Positions 45,518 to 56,800 of a stretch of DNA of 64,000 bases are shown here, one piece after another. Source of the stretch: Flectonema sp. DT1601 (taxonomy: Eukaryota); NCBI GenBank assembly GCA_964019425.1, contig OZ025797.1:930001-994000 (forward strand). The letters are read 5' to 3'. A program made the translations under genes and the position numbers. The notes below the pieces were generated by a model. That model was not told the origin of the DNA. It did no database searches and was given only the letters and a program-made list of their open reading frames with translations. Position 1 is the first letter of the stretch. The number at the start of each line of letters is the position of its first letter.

Positions 45518-47807
45518 TTAGTTCTCCTTCTCAACGAAATCATATATATTTCTACAAGGCACTTCAGGGTAAGAAGTGCACAGGATTCCAAATCGTTGTG
45601 TAAGTGCACTACTTCCATACTTGCCTGCGTGTTGTTTTAACTGCTCCTTGGCGCTGTTGATGTTTCCTTCCTGGTATGCAGTGAACATTTGTTTCCATTG
45701 ACGTTCCGGTGTGTCATCCTTACTTTTCTGCTTTTGGTCGTTGTTTGATAGTTCATTTATAAGAATATTTTCTTTAGCGTGATCACCCATTTCAATAGAA
45801 ACATAATCAATAGGACGAACAAGTACTTCTTGACGGCTTGGAGGCTCTACGCTTTGGCTATCAATGATGCAGGCCAGCTCATAAAAACGAGCTAATTTTT
45901 CGAGGTGTCTAGCTAATGGAAGAACTGGTCCTACCGTGATAAACTTCTTCAAAACCGAAACACCAACAATACCAGCAGCAACCTTTCCTGCAGCTATACC
46001 AATGCTGGGAGTGACATCATCATTTCTCATTCTTTTAATTAGTCGCAATGCTACTTCACATGCAACCTTTGCTGCTGCCGCACTGCTTTCAAAAGTGTGA
46101 AACAAATTCCAACATAATGTTATTTGATCAGCTGTTACATCCAATGTGTATGCGCGAGAGTCGTCAATCTCTTGTTCGATACCAGAGATGTACTTATTGA
46201 CTGATGCTTCTATTGCCTTTTGCTTAACAGTTACACCCTGCTCAGGAGAATCCTTATTGAATTGACCAAAATTACAAACCATAAATGTGACATCTGCCTC
46301 AATAGGAGCAAGATGGAAGTCTCCAAATACTTTGGTTGGGTCTCTGAACTTAGAGCTACCCATTGCTCCTGTCATCATGGCTCTTACAGCTTTGATTCTT
46401 GGATACACGTCGTAGAAGGAGCTTTCAATATAAGGAATGCCCTTAGGTTTATTCATGTGATATGAGTCGTCGTTTTTTGATACACCCGAAACAAATTCTT
46501 GCATTCGTGCTCCAGCCTCAAGCAGTTTTCCGTGTTCTTTGAGTATCCCTAGACGATCACTTTCTCTTGCAGAGCTGCTTACGACATTCAATGCGTGAAG
46601 TGCAGTTCCAATTACGCCGATGCCTGATTGGTTTAGGTATTTTATAACGCGTTTTGATTAATTGAAAAACAGAATAACTTTAAGTAATTTGAGTTACGAA
46701 GAAATACGCGCATACAGAGTAACACTACTAGTAATATCAATTCTCGTTCCATTTCACCTTTTGAATGGTTTTCAGATTCAACCATCCATTTGCTAAAAAC
46801 CAATGCCGCATGCTCCATTTCATCAGCATGGTGTCCACATCGTTCTATGACGTTGGTAGAAAAGTGATAATGCGTTTCATAACTCTGACGCAAGGCGGAC
46901 ATGACTTCTTGTGCAGCCATGTTGGTGTCCGAGAATTCTATGAGATCTGTTCGTCTCATATTAGTAGCGGTTCTGTTTTGTTTGTTTTATTATAATTTAA
47001 GTATAAGAATAAAATATATATAAAAATTAAAAAAAATTAAAAAAAAAAAAACACTTTCTGTTTTAAATTAACAGTAGCATACGTGTACGAGCGATGAATT
47101 ATGTCTGCATTCCAGAAATACGCTTCGCTGTCAGACAGTGCAATCATAGATTCTGTGTTGTGATCATGATCAAACCAGATGCTTGAGGCTTGTATAGACG
47201 ACCATGACAAGAGTTTTCTCATGCATCCCAAAAGACTTAGAGTTGCTCTGCCGTGTTTTGACATTGAGAAAGAAGCTTGTCTGCCGGATATCAACGAAAT
47301 GCCTCTAATAATTGTAGCATAGCCACCAACCAGATTGGTTGCAACTTTAAATCTATCTGAATTCTCACTGTGTTCCGCAATAGAACGAAGTTCCAGCAAT
47401 AATACTCTTTTTAAAATCTTCATAAAAATACCTAATTCTTTGATGTCGTGAAGTTCATGTTCCGCTTTTCCGCTTTTAAAATGAATTTCTATCATTTTCG
47501 ACATGGTTTCATCAACCTTTGCTTGCTGTTCAAGTAACTCCGTATTTGATGTGTGATGACCTCGTGTTACAACATAGTGAATGGTTACTGATTCTTCCTT
47601 AGATAATTCCTCTATTAGATGCATCGCGTATTCCCTGTTTGAAATGTCGACGTCAATTTTCATGTCATCACTAACCTTCGCAATCAGTATAGAAGATACA
47701 AAACAGCAATAAAGCAATACTGGCACTGATACTAACGCTAGTTTCAGTTGAACACCAGGTCGACCGGCTTCGTTTAGAATATCATTATCGATGTGCTTGT
47801 AAGACAT
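45518..47807 (-). CDS. Receptor-type protein: TM, NIT-like helical sensor, TM, degenerate class III cyclase; 3 exons: 47807-47083, 46972-46716, 46623-45518
   Basis: Three listed ORFs join in frame through introns 47082-46973 and 46715-46624 (GTATGC...CAG), which rebuilds the second TM (LILLVVLLCIGVIGTALHAL). LIEELSKEE...LLEQQAKVD...LELR...Y resembles the NIT domain pattern. GIAAGKVAAGIVG is a cyclase-fold motif. Confidence 0.8.
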
Positions 47808-50800
47808 GGTTTATGTGTGTTGTTTCTAAAAGTAATGTTATGTAGCGTTGAAATGTGAAAATAATGTCTTCTTGTAAACTGCTTCACTCCATGTTTCCCT
47901 CATTTCATCTATTTAAATAATAAGTATGTTTACTACTCTCCACGAAATCACTATAAGCAATACCTTAGAGAAGCAGGGAATTGAAGGGGATGAGGGGGAT
48001 GAGCGTGGGAAGAGGAAGAAGAAAGGGGCCGAATAATAATGCTCCCCCACGGTTCCTTGAGGGAACAAAAAGGACTATTTTATTTTATTTTTTTCCCCCT
48101 CTCCCTTTTTCTTTATTTCTTTTTTCCCGAGGGAGAAGAAGAAATCAAGAAATAGAAAGAAAAGAAAAGAATAAAAAAGAATAGCCCTTCCAATTCACAA
48201 AAGAAATTAGGGAAAAGGAAAAAGAGCGAGGAGTGGTACCTGTCTTTCGCAGAATCCTCTGTAGTCGGGTAAAAAACGGTCCTGTTAGTCCCGCGTCTGA
48301 TTGCGATTAATGGAAAAGGACTACAATGTACATTGTAAAAGAAGAAGTTTGGAAAATAAGTTAGCGGCAGCTAGGCATGCAAGGAATTTCTTTTCATTTC
48401 TCTTCACTTAGTGTTTTTTTGCTTCACAGATTACTCACGGTCGGTGTTTTTTTTTTTTTTTTTTTTTTTTTTGCCAGAGAACCTTTTGCGAGTGTTAAAA
48501 TCCCCACGTGAAAGCCAATGGACAAAACGGTGCCACATTCACTTTTTGTTTATGTACTGAATACCGAAATCCGTTAAGTCTTCTATAACTTCCAATGAGA
48601 TGTGAGCACTCAAGGGCCGACAAACGACAAACACCTACCAATACTGTGATTTTCAAGTAATAAAACACGAAATAATAGAAACTTACTTTGAGTGCTGTTA
48701 TTTAACAGAGAAATTAAAAAAGAAAGGACTGGGTTATGCGAAAACGGGGGCGGCGATACCATGCGCGGGATATTCCAATAGTCAAAGGAGAGAGAGAGAT
48801 AGCAGGTTCAATCTTTTTTATGTCTCCAATACCTGACACATATTTATTTGTTCTGACTCGTAAGATTTAATTGCTCGTGTGCTTTTGAATAAGCAGACTC
48901 GTTTCGTAGCTAACTCATTCGCCAATTGTATGGGGTACAGAGATATTGCAGATTGGGATGGTGAGCTCGCATCAGAAACGCCTACTAACAAAAAACAACA
49001 CTTTCAATTTTTTTTATTTTTCCACGAAATATCCACGTTCAGGTAAACCATCTCACCGGGCATGCCAAGAATAAGTTGCTCATACAAGGCTGACTATGTG
49101 TCACAATGTAAAAAAGAATTTTTTTTTTTTTTTCCTTTAAAAAAAACAGGGAGGAAACAGAGTACGGTGCGCAGCAGAAAACCAGCACCATGACTACTAC
49201 TACACGGAAAAAAAAAGAACGAAACGACGCTTTTAAAGCTTAAATCTTTTGACGAGCATAAGACAAGCAGATTACAAGAATGCAGCAATAAATAAGATCT
49301 CATAACGACGGATGCGGCAAGCAAACAGGAAACAGACAACGGAGGCGAGAACACAAGTCAAAAATACGGGAAGTAGTCCTCGCTCCGGCGTCCCGAATCC
49401 CCAGCTTGGGGAGGTCAGGAAAAAAAAGAAAAAAGAATTATGAAAAAAATTACTTTCTGGTAACATCATCGACTTCTTTCGTTAATCTGTCCTCTTGAAT
49501 TGCGGCGTAATAAACTCTCATAAATAGAACTTGAAGGTAGTTGCAACAAATGCAACGTCGGAAATGCAATCCCACAAATGTTTTAAAAAAAAACTTTACA
49601 ACTGTGAAGGGGAAGGGACGGGACAGAATTCGTGAAATTATTGACCTCACTAGTCACTTAATGTGACGGAAAGAATGCCGCAATTCAAAAACAAATTATC
49701 GAAAAGAAGAAGAAAAAACAATACCAACCAACTCAATTTTACTACCCCCCCCCCCGAAAAAAAGAAAATAAAATAAAAGTATACCAATAACTTTACGACC
49801 AACAGACATCGCTGTTTAAAACATTCAATGCGCACCTGACTTGATTGCGATCGTTCACATCGAAACTTCCCACCAGCAGTGAACAAAACACACAACCTTC
49901 TGATGAGCGAATTCTCCTTTAAACGGTGTCGGGATGGGAAAAAAACCCCCAGGAAGTAAACTACTAACACACAAAAATAAAAAAAATAAAATAAAATTCG
50001 CATGCTCACGTAACGATGAAAAAAAAGAGTACAATATCGATGTTGGGCGTGCATTCGGGCTAGGGTGGGACGTATCAGTGAGTGACTGAAAATGGAGGGG
50101 GAAAAAAAAAAAGAAAAAAAAACCGAGTCGATTGTTAAGGCGATGCCAGTACGACCACACAAGTTAATAAACCAGTGTTTCAAAAATTATTGTTTAAAAG
50201 AAAACAATAACCATGACTTGGTACTACTGTTCTGTATTGACCATTAATCTTGTGGCTTCACAGCAGCAAAAAACAACAATCTATCTACAAAAAAAAAAAA
50301 AAAAAAAAAAAAAAATTACGGGAGGCGGATGGGCTGCTCCTTCACTTTTTTGAAGAAGGCATAAAATTAAAAAGAAATTGCAAAAAAAATTAAGTTATAA
50401 TAATATTTGAATTTTTTTTCCTGTTTTTTTTTTACTTTTTTTTTTTTTTTTTCGTTTCTTGTTATTTTGTGTTATATGTTTCTCTTCTTCTCTTTTCTTC
50501 TTCTTCTTCTTTTCCTTTTTTTTTCTTCCCTCCAAGCCCTGTATTATCTCGGACACCCGTCGCAAAAAACTAAAATCAGCACGAGTTCTGTACAGACGTG
50601 CTAAATCTACTGCGTAGCGCAGTAATCAGTGCCTACAACTTCGCCAAACAGAGATAAGAAAATAAGGGACAAAAAAAAGACAAAAAAAAAAAAAAAAAAA
50701 AAAAAAGGAAAAGGAAACCTAAATACACAGAAAGGTTCGGTTTGTTGAATCGGGAAAGGGATAAAAAAGGAGGCCAGACTAAGTAATACCAGATAATGAG

Positions 50801-52365
50801 AAGTGGCAAGGAAAAACCAAGAAGATAGAATACTCTTCCTGAATGTTTCTTTTTTTCGTTTTTTTAATTATTTTATAAAAAAAGCTTACAAAAATTGAAG
50901 AAAAAGGCACACCCCAGGGAAATCCACGGTAGTACTTTTTACACAATCGCTGCAGCAAAGATAGGCACATTCGTTCGTGGGATATGTTCAGCTGTATATA
51001 AATTAGAGACGTTTTTTTCATTTTCTTTAAGTTTTTTAAAATTCTTTTCAATATGCACTTTACTTTTGCCAAACAAAAACTAGTTGGCAAAGCAGGGGAA
51101 AAAAAGGGAGTAAAAAAATTTTTTGGGATGACCTGTGCAGAAATAAATCTGCCATTGTTTTCCATTTTAGAATAAAATCGTATAACCGCACTCTGAAATG
51201 TACACAGTGCTGCTGGAAGAAGGAAAAAAAAAAACAAAAAAATAACTGTAAGTTTTGAGACGAGAGGGTCAACCTGCACCTAAAAACTGTGGCCATGTCA
51301 AGCTGCATGTAGTAGCCGTAAGCTCGTGGCAGAAAGAATAAGATTTGCTAGCGCTTCGGTCAAGTTGTTGTTGTTTTTTTTTTCTTCTTTTTATTTAAAT
51401 TACTTCATACTTTCAAAAAGAAAAGTAACATTCATCGCACAAGAGCCTGAGCGAGCCTACTGCTAGTAATTGCCACAATTAGTAGGCTGCACATATTAAG
51501 GTTGAAAATAGTTTTTTTTGGGGGAAAAACTACAAACGAAAAGAGGGGTGAAAAAAAAAAGTATTAACTATTTAACACTGAGAGCGTGTTACTTGTGTTT
51601 TTTAAGTAGTTCTCTCTTCATTGGTTAAAAAAAAAAAAATAATCATCTTTTGTTTAATAAAAAAAAAAGATTATTGTACGAAGGAGGAGCTGAGGCAGTC
51701 TTGACTTTCAGCACCCCACATATTTTTCCTTTTTTTTTTTTTTTTTTTTTTTCTTTTGTTCTGTTTGTCTTTTTCTTTTGTTTTTTCTCTCGGTGTACTC
51801 TCACATAATGTCTTGCACATTATTATTTTTTGTCATTGTGTTTTTTTTTTTTTTTTTTTTTTTGGTACATGTGCGGGGTGGCTGGAATTCGTATCTTCCC
51901 AAAGAAGGAAAAGGAAATAAAGAAAGAAAAGAGGGAAAATGAATTAGCAATAACCAATTTTAATATGCATTGAGGAGTCACGGTCCCTCTTCTTATTGGA
52001 TGTATGTTTTACAGGATGATATTGCGAATTGCCGATAAATTATTACGGGAATAACTTTCAACCAGAATTTCAAAATGTTGTAAAAATCTGCTTTTTATAA
52101 ATATGGTGATTGAATGCGCCTTTTTTTTTTTTTTTTTTCTTCTTTCGCTTGGTTTTTATAGTTCTTGTAAAATAAAATTTAAAAAAAATATTATTATTCT
52201 TGTTCTTGGGATATTTGATGTGGGAACTAAATCTAAAAATTTTGGGAGGGGTTGGGGAAAATAAGGCAAGAGAAAAAAGAAGAAAAAAACTTCTTGTTTT
52301 TTTTTCCTTTTTTTTTTTTTTTCCTTCCTTCTTTACATTAGAAAGTCTCTGCGAAAAGAAATTAT

Positions 52366-53409
52366 CTAAAAATAAAGCTTCTTCGCCTTACTAATAGCAG
52401 CACCGTGACGAGAGTGGCGTGGAGGAGGAAAGTTTCTCTTGAGTTCTTTAGCAGGTTTGCTCTTTGACTTAAAGAAACTGGATTCTGGTCTGGCCAATGA
52501 GGTGAACCAAATTCGACACTTCCAGAATGAGTAACATTCAGCAAGGACTGATCTGAAGTCAGGCTGCAAGTATGGTGAAGTGTAGTAGAATGTCAACTTC
52601 TTTTTGTCTAATTGATAAGACGCGTATCTTACTTTCAATGGAAGCTTCGCACGAGAAACAATTTCATTAACAAGCTCAACAGCAGATTGCTCATCCTCTT
52701 CAAGGTCATGCTGCCAGTAAGAAACCTCTGCATCAGTTGCAGCTCTGGTCACATCACCAGAGCAGCAACGTTCGATATCTCCGTAGTCAGCTTCTGAGTC
52801 GAGTTCTTGAGCAGAGATAATCTTACCAAGATCAGGACCTCTGTCACCTTCAACAATATAAAAAGTATTAACTATCGGACTACTTCCTGCAGGCATATTC
52901 ATGTTATAACGTCCTCTTCTACCATGTTTGAATTCAGCGACCACATCCCAAATAACATTTGCTACCGGAACAGGTGCTGGAGGAGGAGGAGGTGGTACGG
53001 TGTCTAGTAGCTCTGGGATTTCTGGAACAGCGATCTCACGAACTTCCTGAAAATCTTGAATGATATCTTCTATACTGTACGGGTCATGCCTGAATGTTGT
53101 TCTACTGGTACTTGGACATGTACTGATTGTGGATGAACCAAACGTGCTCATAAATTGAGTCTGTGGAGTCAACTGCTGTGGTGGAGGAGTTACCAATCCT
53201 TGCTGTTGTTGTTGCTGCAACTGCAACTGCTGTTTCTCCATTGGGTACAAGTAACCGTCACCTACTAAACCAGCACTTATTGGAGGCAGGTAACCACTAC
53301 TGCTGTATTCATTGTTGTTATAATCAAATCCGTTGTTGGCTACTTGTTGATCCTCAACATCGTATTGATAGAATTGATTACTATTGTTGTCTATATTATG
53401 ATTGACCAT
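52366..53409 (-). CDS. PSP1 C-terminal domain protein (family of kinetoplastid cycling-sequence-binding proteins)
   Basis: AEFKHGRRGRY, IVEGDRGPDLGKI, YQLDKKKLTFYY and PDFRSVL...KCRIW. Low-complexity N-terminus with FRHDPY. Confidence 0.9.
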   Translation of the reverse strand: MVNHNIDNNSNQFYQYDVEDQQVANNGFDYNNNEYSSSGYLPPISAGLVGDGYLYPMEKQQLQLQQQQQQGLVTPPPQQLTPQTQFMSTFGSSTISTCPSTSRTTFRHDPYSIEDIIQDFQEVREIAVPEIPELLDTVPPPPPPAPVPVANVIWDVVAEFKHGRRGRYNMNMPAGSSPIVNTFYIVEGDRGPDLGKIISAQELDSEADYGDIERCCSGDVTRAATDAEVSYWQHDLEEDEQSAVELVNEIVSRAKLPLKVRYASYQLDKKKLTFYYTSPYLQPDFRSVLAECYSFWKCRIWFTSLARPESSFFKSKSKPAKELKRNFPPPRHSRHGAAISKAKKLYF

Positions 53410-53875
53410 TATTTAGTTGTTTTGTTGTTTAAGGAAAAGTTGAGAAAAGGGTTCTCTGAAGATGGGGAGGAAAAAAAAGGAATATTTTTGAAATCACTTG
53501 TAAAAACTTCTGCGACGTTCTATCTTGACCACAATGACTTTACTGTTTATTCTGCTGTTAAAAAAAAGAAAAACAAGTGACATAACCAAACACATAAATC
53601 CTCGAGTTAGTTAGAAAAATACAAAACTGATGACGACGAGGGGTCTGGGTAGCCCGCATCAGTAAGGACCTAATCGCTATCGAGCCATAACTCCGAATAG
53701 AGAGGCTCCTTGAAAAAGTAAGCTTCATTGAAAATAGGCCGGCTGAGATACGGCACGGATGAAGGGGGGGAGAAAAAAAAAAACCAGCGGCGAGGTACGC
53801 TTCTCCACGTAAGAGGTGATAGGCACCATATGAGATAGTAAATACCAGTGAAGGACAAGTGAAAAGTTATCGAAG

Positions 53876-56800
53876 TTATGATTTTTGAACTCCTCCGAAA
53901 GAATCAATTTTGGGTAATTGAAATCCATTAACAGGAGGAATGAAAGGAGGCGCTACCACACTAACAGAATCATCAACTTGAATTACAGCATCTGTTGGCA
54001 TACGAGGTTGAGGCGACCATGACTTCGCTCCATGAAGTGGCGCAGATGATAAGATTTCAATAAGTCGATCAGATTGAAGCCTAGCAGCACGTTGACGAAC
54101 ACGTTCCAACTTATTAAGTAAAGCTGGTGCTGGAGTAGAGGTAAGTTGATTACGATACGTCTTTTCAATCTCACTTATTAAATGTTCACTCGGTGTCATT
54201 GAACGACCTCTATAGTTATCCTTTTGAAGTACAGCTGTCTGAATTGTATATAAGTCAGATAATGTACTTTTCTGATCTTTTGTAAAATCAGTTAAACCAT
54301 TTCCATATGGAAGAACAAAGTCACGACGATGATCAACATTTTTGATAACCTTTTCCACAGGGAGAGTTGCTACAACACCTGATGGAGGGGCCTCAGATTG
54401 TTGCACAGATGGGCATATTGGAACTCCTTTGTGAATGATGTGCTTATTTTCAGAAGCCTCTCGATCTCTACGAATTTGATGGATGGTAAGAATATCTATC
54501 TTAGTAGAAACTGACTTAGCTGAAGCTATCTTCCCTTGATGAACTGCTTCCTTGACACGTCGAAGAGCAAAGAATTGCTGTTGTCGACTATTTGATATAT
54601 CACATGTTCGTTTTATCTTTGAGCGATAGTCTGAAACACTAACTTTTCTTAGAATGTGTCTCATGGTGTCTCTCATTACGGCTGCTTGTTGTAGTTTTGC
54701 AACACCACTTCTTGATGCTGTCATTCTTTTAGAGACTGATGCTGTTTCCGTTACGAATGATTTAAAAAGTCTGGTTGTTATCGAGTCGTAGTCGTAGAGA
54801 AGTTGAATACGAGAGTGATTCTCTCTTTGTGATATGATTTTAATCTTTCTACTACTACCACAGTTACGTGAAGTGCTCTTCATTAAAACTGTTGATAACT
54901 TCACAGGAATGTATTTCATAACTGACTCAGTACCTACGACTAAACTCTTTCCTGGTGGAGATGATTTCCTTGTCTCATCTGAGAGTGGTAACAGCAATGG
55001 CATGAACTTTTTACTTCTGGCGGGGAATGATGAATTGTCAACCCATGGTTGTTTTTCTGGACTTAATTCAGTAAGGGTTCCACATGAGGTAACTTCAATA
55101 CCTTTCTGGTGGTTGTTGTTGCGGTGATGAGATCGTTTCTTTACAGGACTTGTTGTTCTAACAAAGTGACCTTGACGTCTATGTTCAAGAGTATCAGTAA
55201 AGGATGTCTGAGCAAAACAAGCTGAAGGACTACCGATATCTTCAACAACACCAAACCCTCCGAGAAGTTCTGGAGTTCTCGGTTTTCTTTCAGGACTTCG
55301 CAACGTCCCACCAGGAGGTTGTGAATTCATATAAAACGGAGATGCCTCTAACACCGTGTCATGGTGTTGAGGAATTGAAGTTGCAAGCACCAGTTGATTT
55401 TCCAACACCTGAACTTCACTTTGTAATTGAGTTACATTTTCTCGATGTTCATGAACTGCTGAGTCTACTGAGGTCGCTACTGCTGTTGTTAATTTATTTT
55501 GGATTACTTCAATAATTTGATTGTGATGAGTGTCGTAGTCTACCTTACGAGATACTACTTCACTCTTTAGATTGTTTAAATCTGATTTAATATTTTTAGC
55601 ATCAGTGCGAAGACGATCTTGTTCTGCAATAAGGATATCACGATGTTGTTTTGAAAGAACAGATTCTTGTTGTGGTATCAGAAATGGATCAACTACCGGC
55701 TTCTCAAAGCTATCTTCAGTACTACTTGACGGAGGTGACTCTTGTGGATCTGCCTGTTTATTGTTTTCATTGTCAGTTTCAGGTGTCACTGTCCGAGTAG
55801 CTTTTCTTGACAATAACTCCTTTCTCATGAGCATTGCAAATTTCTTTCCCGTAGTCGCTGCATCCAACATATCCTCAACTCTCTTTTGAATTGATGTCCT
55901 GTGCTGTGCTCTTGCTTTTTCAAACTCTTCTTTCTTGCGCCTTTCTTTATCTTCTTCAGTTCGTTTTCTTCCTGACTCTATCTGAGCTGCTATTAGTGAT
56001 TTTCTCATCCCCGAACAGGCTGTTGGAATCCTTATCATACCCGAAGGAATACCTTGAAGTGCTTCGGGATCAGTGACATTGGTGTCTGGTTTTAGGAAAT
56101 TCGCTGCTATTAAATCAGAGTTTTGAATTGAATATAAATCAGCCAACTGCTGCAATGATTCTCCTTCAGCAATAAGATGTTCGAAGAATTCTTGTTGACG
56201 GGTAATTGATAACTGACTCATAGTAGTTAGTTGACTAAGTGTATCATTCGTCATCGGAACTACTATCGCAATTTGATCATCTCCGTAGTGAGGTAGAGAG
56301 TTTAAGACTTCCTGATCATTCGCATCAAACAGTTGTTGTTGTGTTACGGAAAATCTCTCACACAGTGATGGTATTGTATCACCATCTTCAGTTACATAAA
56401 TAAACACTGCTTGTGAACCTGTAGGAACTAGATTAGCAATACGTAATGCATCACTTAACCTTGTCTGAAGTAGTTCTATTTCTCTCATGTGTCCGTATTT
56501 TACTCCGACTATCTCATGTTCCAACTTGTCAATGTTGTCTCTTAAATTATTTATCTCACTCGCACTCTGAGATTGAGTAGATTGAACTTCCTTTTCAAAA
56601 GCTTCTATTTTTGTATTATTTTCGCTGAGTTTTTCTCGTAAGTCAGATTGAATAGAGAGGGCTTCTTCATTCATTTGTTGGATGTGAAGAGTTTGACGAT
56701 CTTGACACTCAGCGTATTCCTGTTGAAGCTGAGTATGAGTCGTCGATAACACTACAAGTTGATTCCTTAAATCGTTTACCACAGATTCATCAATACATGG

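Noticed and set aside
45518..47807. Split ORFs (also VPS2, SLC38A9-like and 53876-60485) as frameshifted pseudogenes
   Set aside because: Canonical GT-AG introns restore the reading frame exactly in every case.
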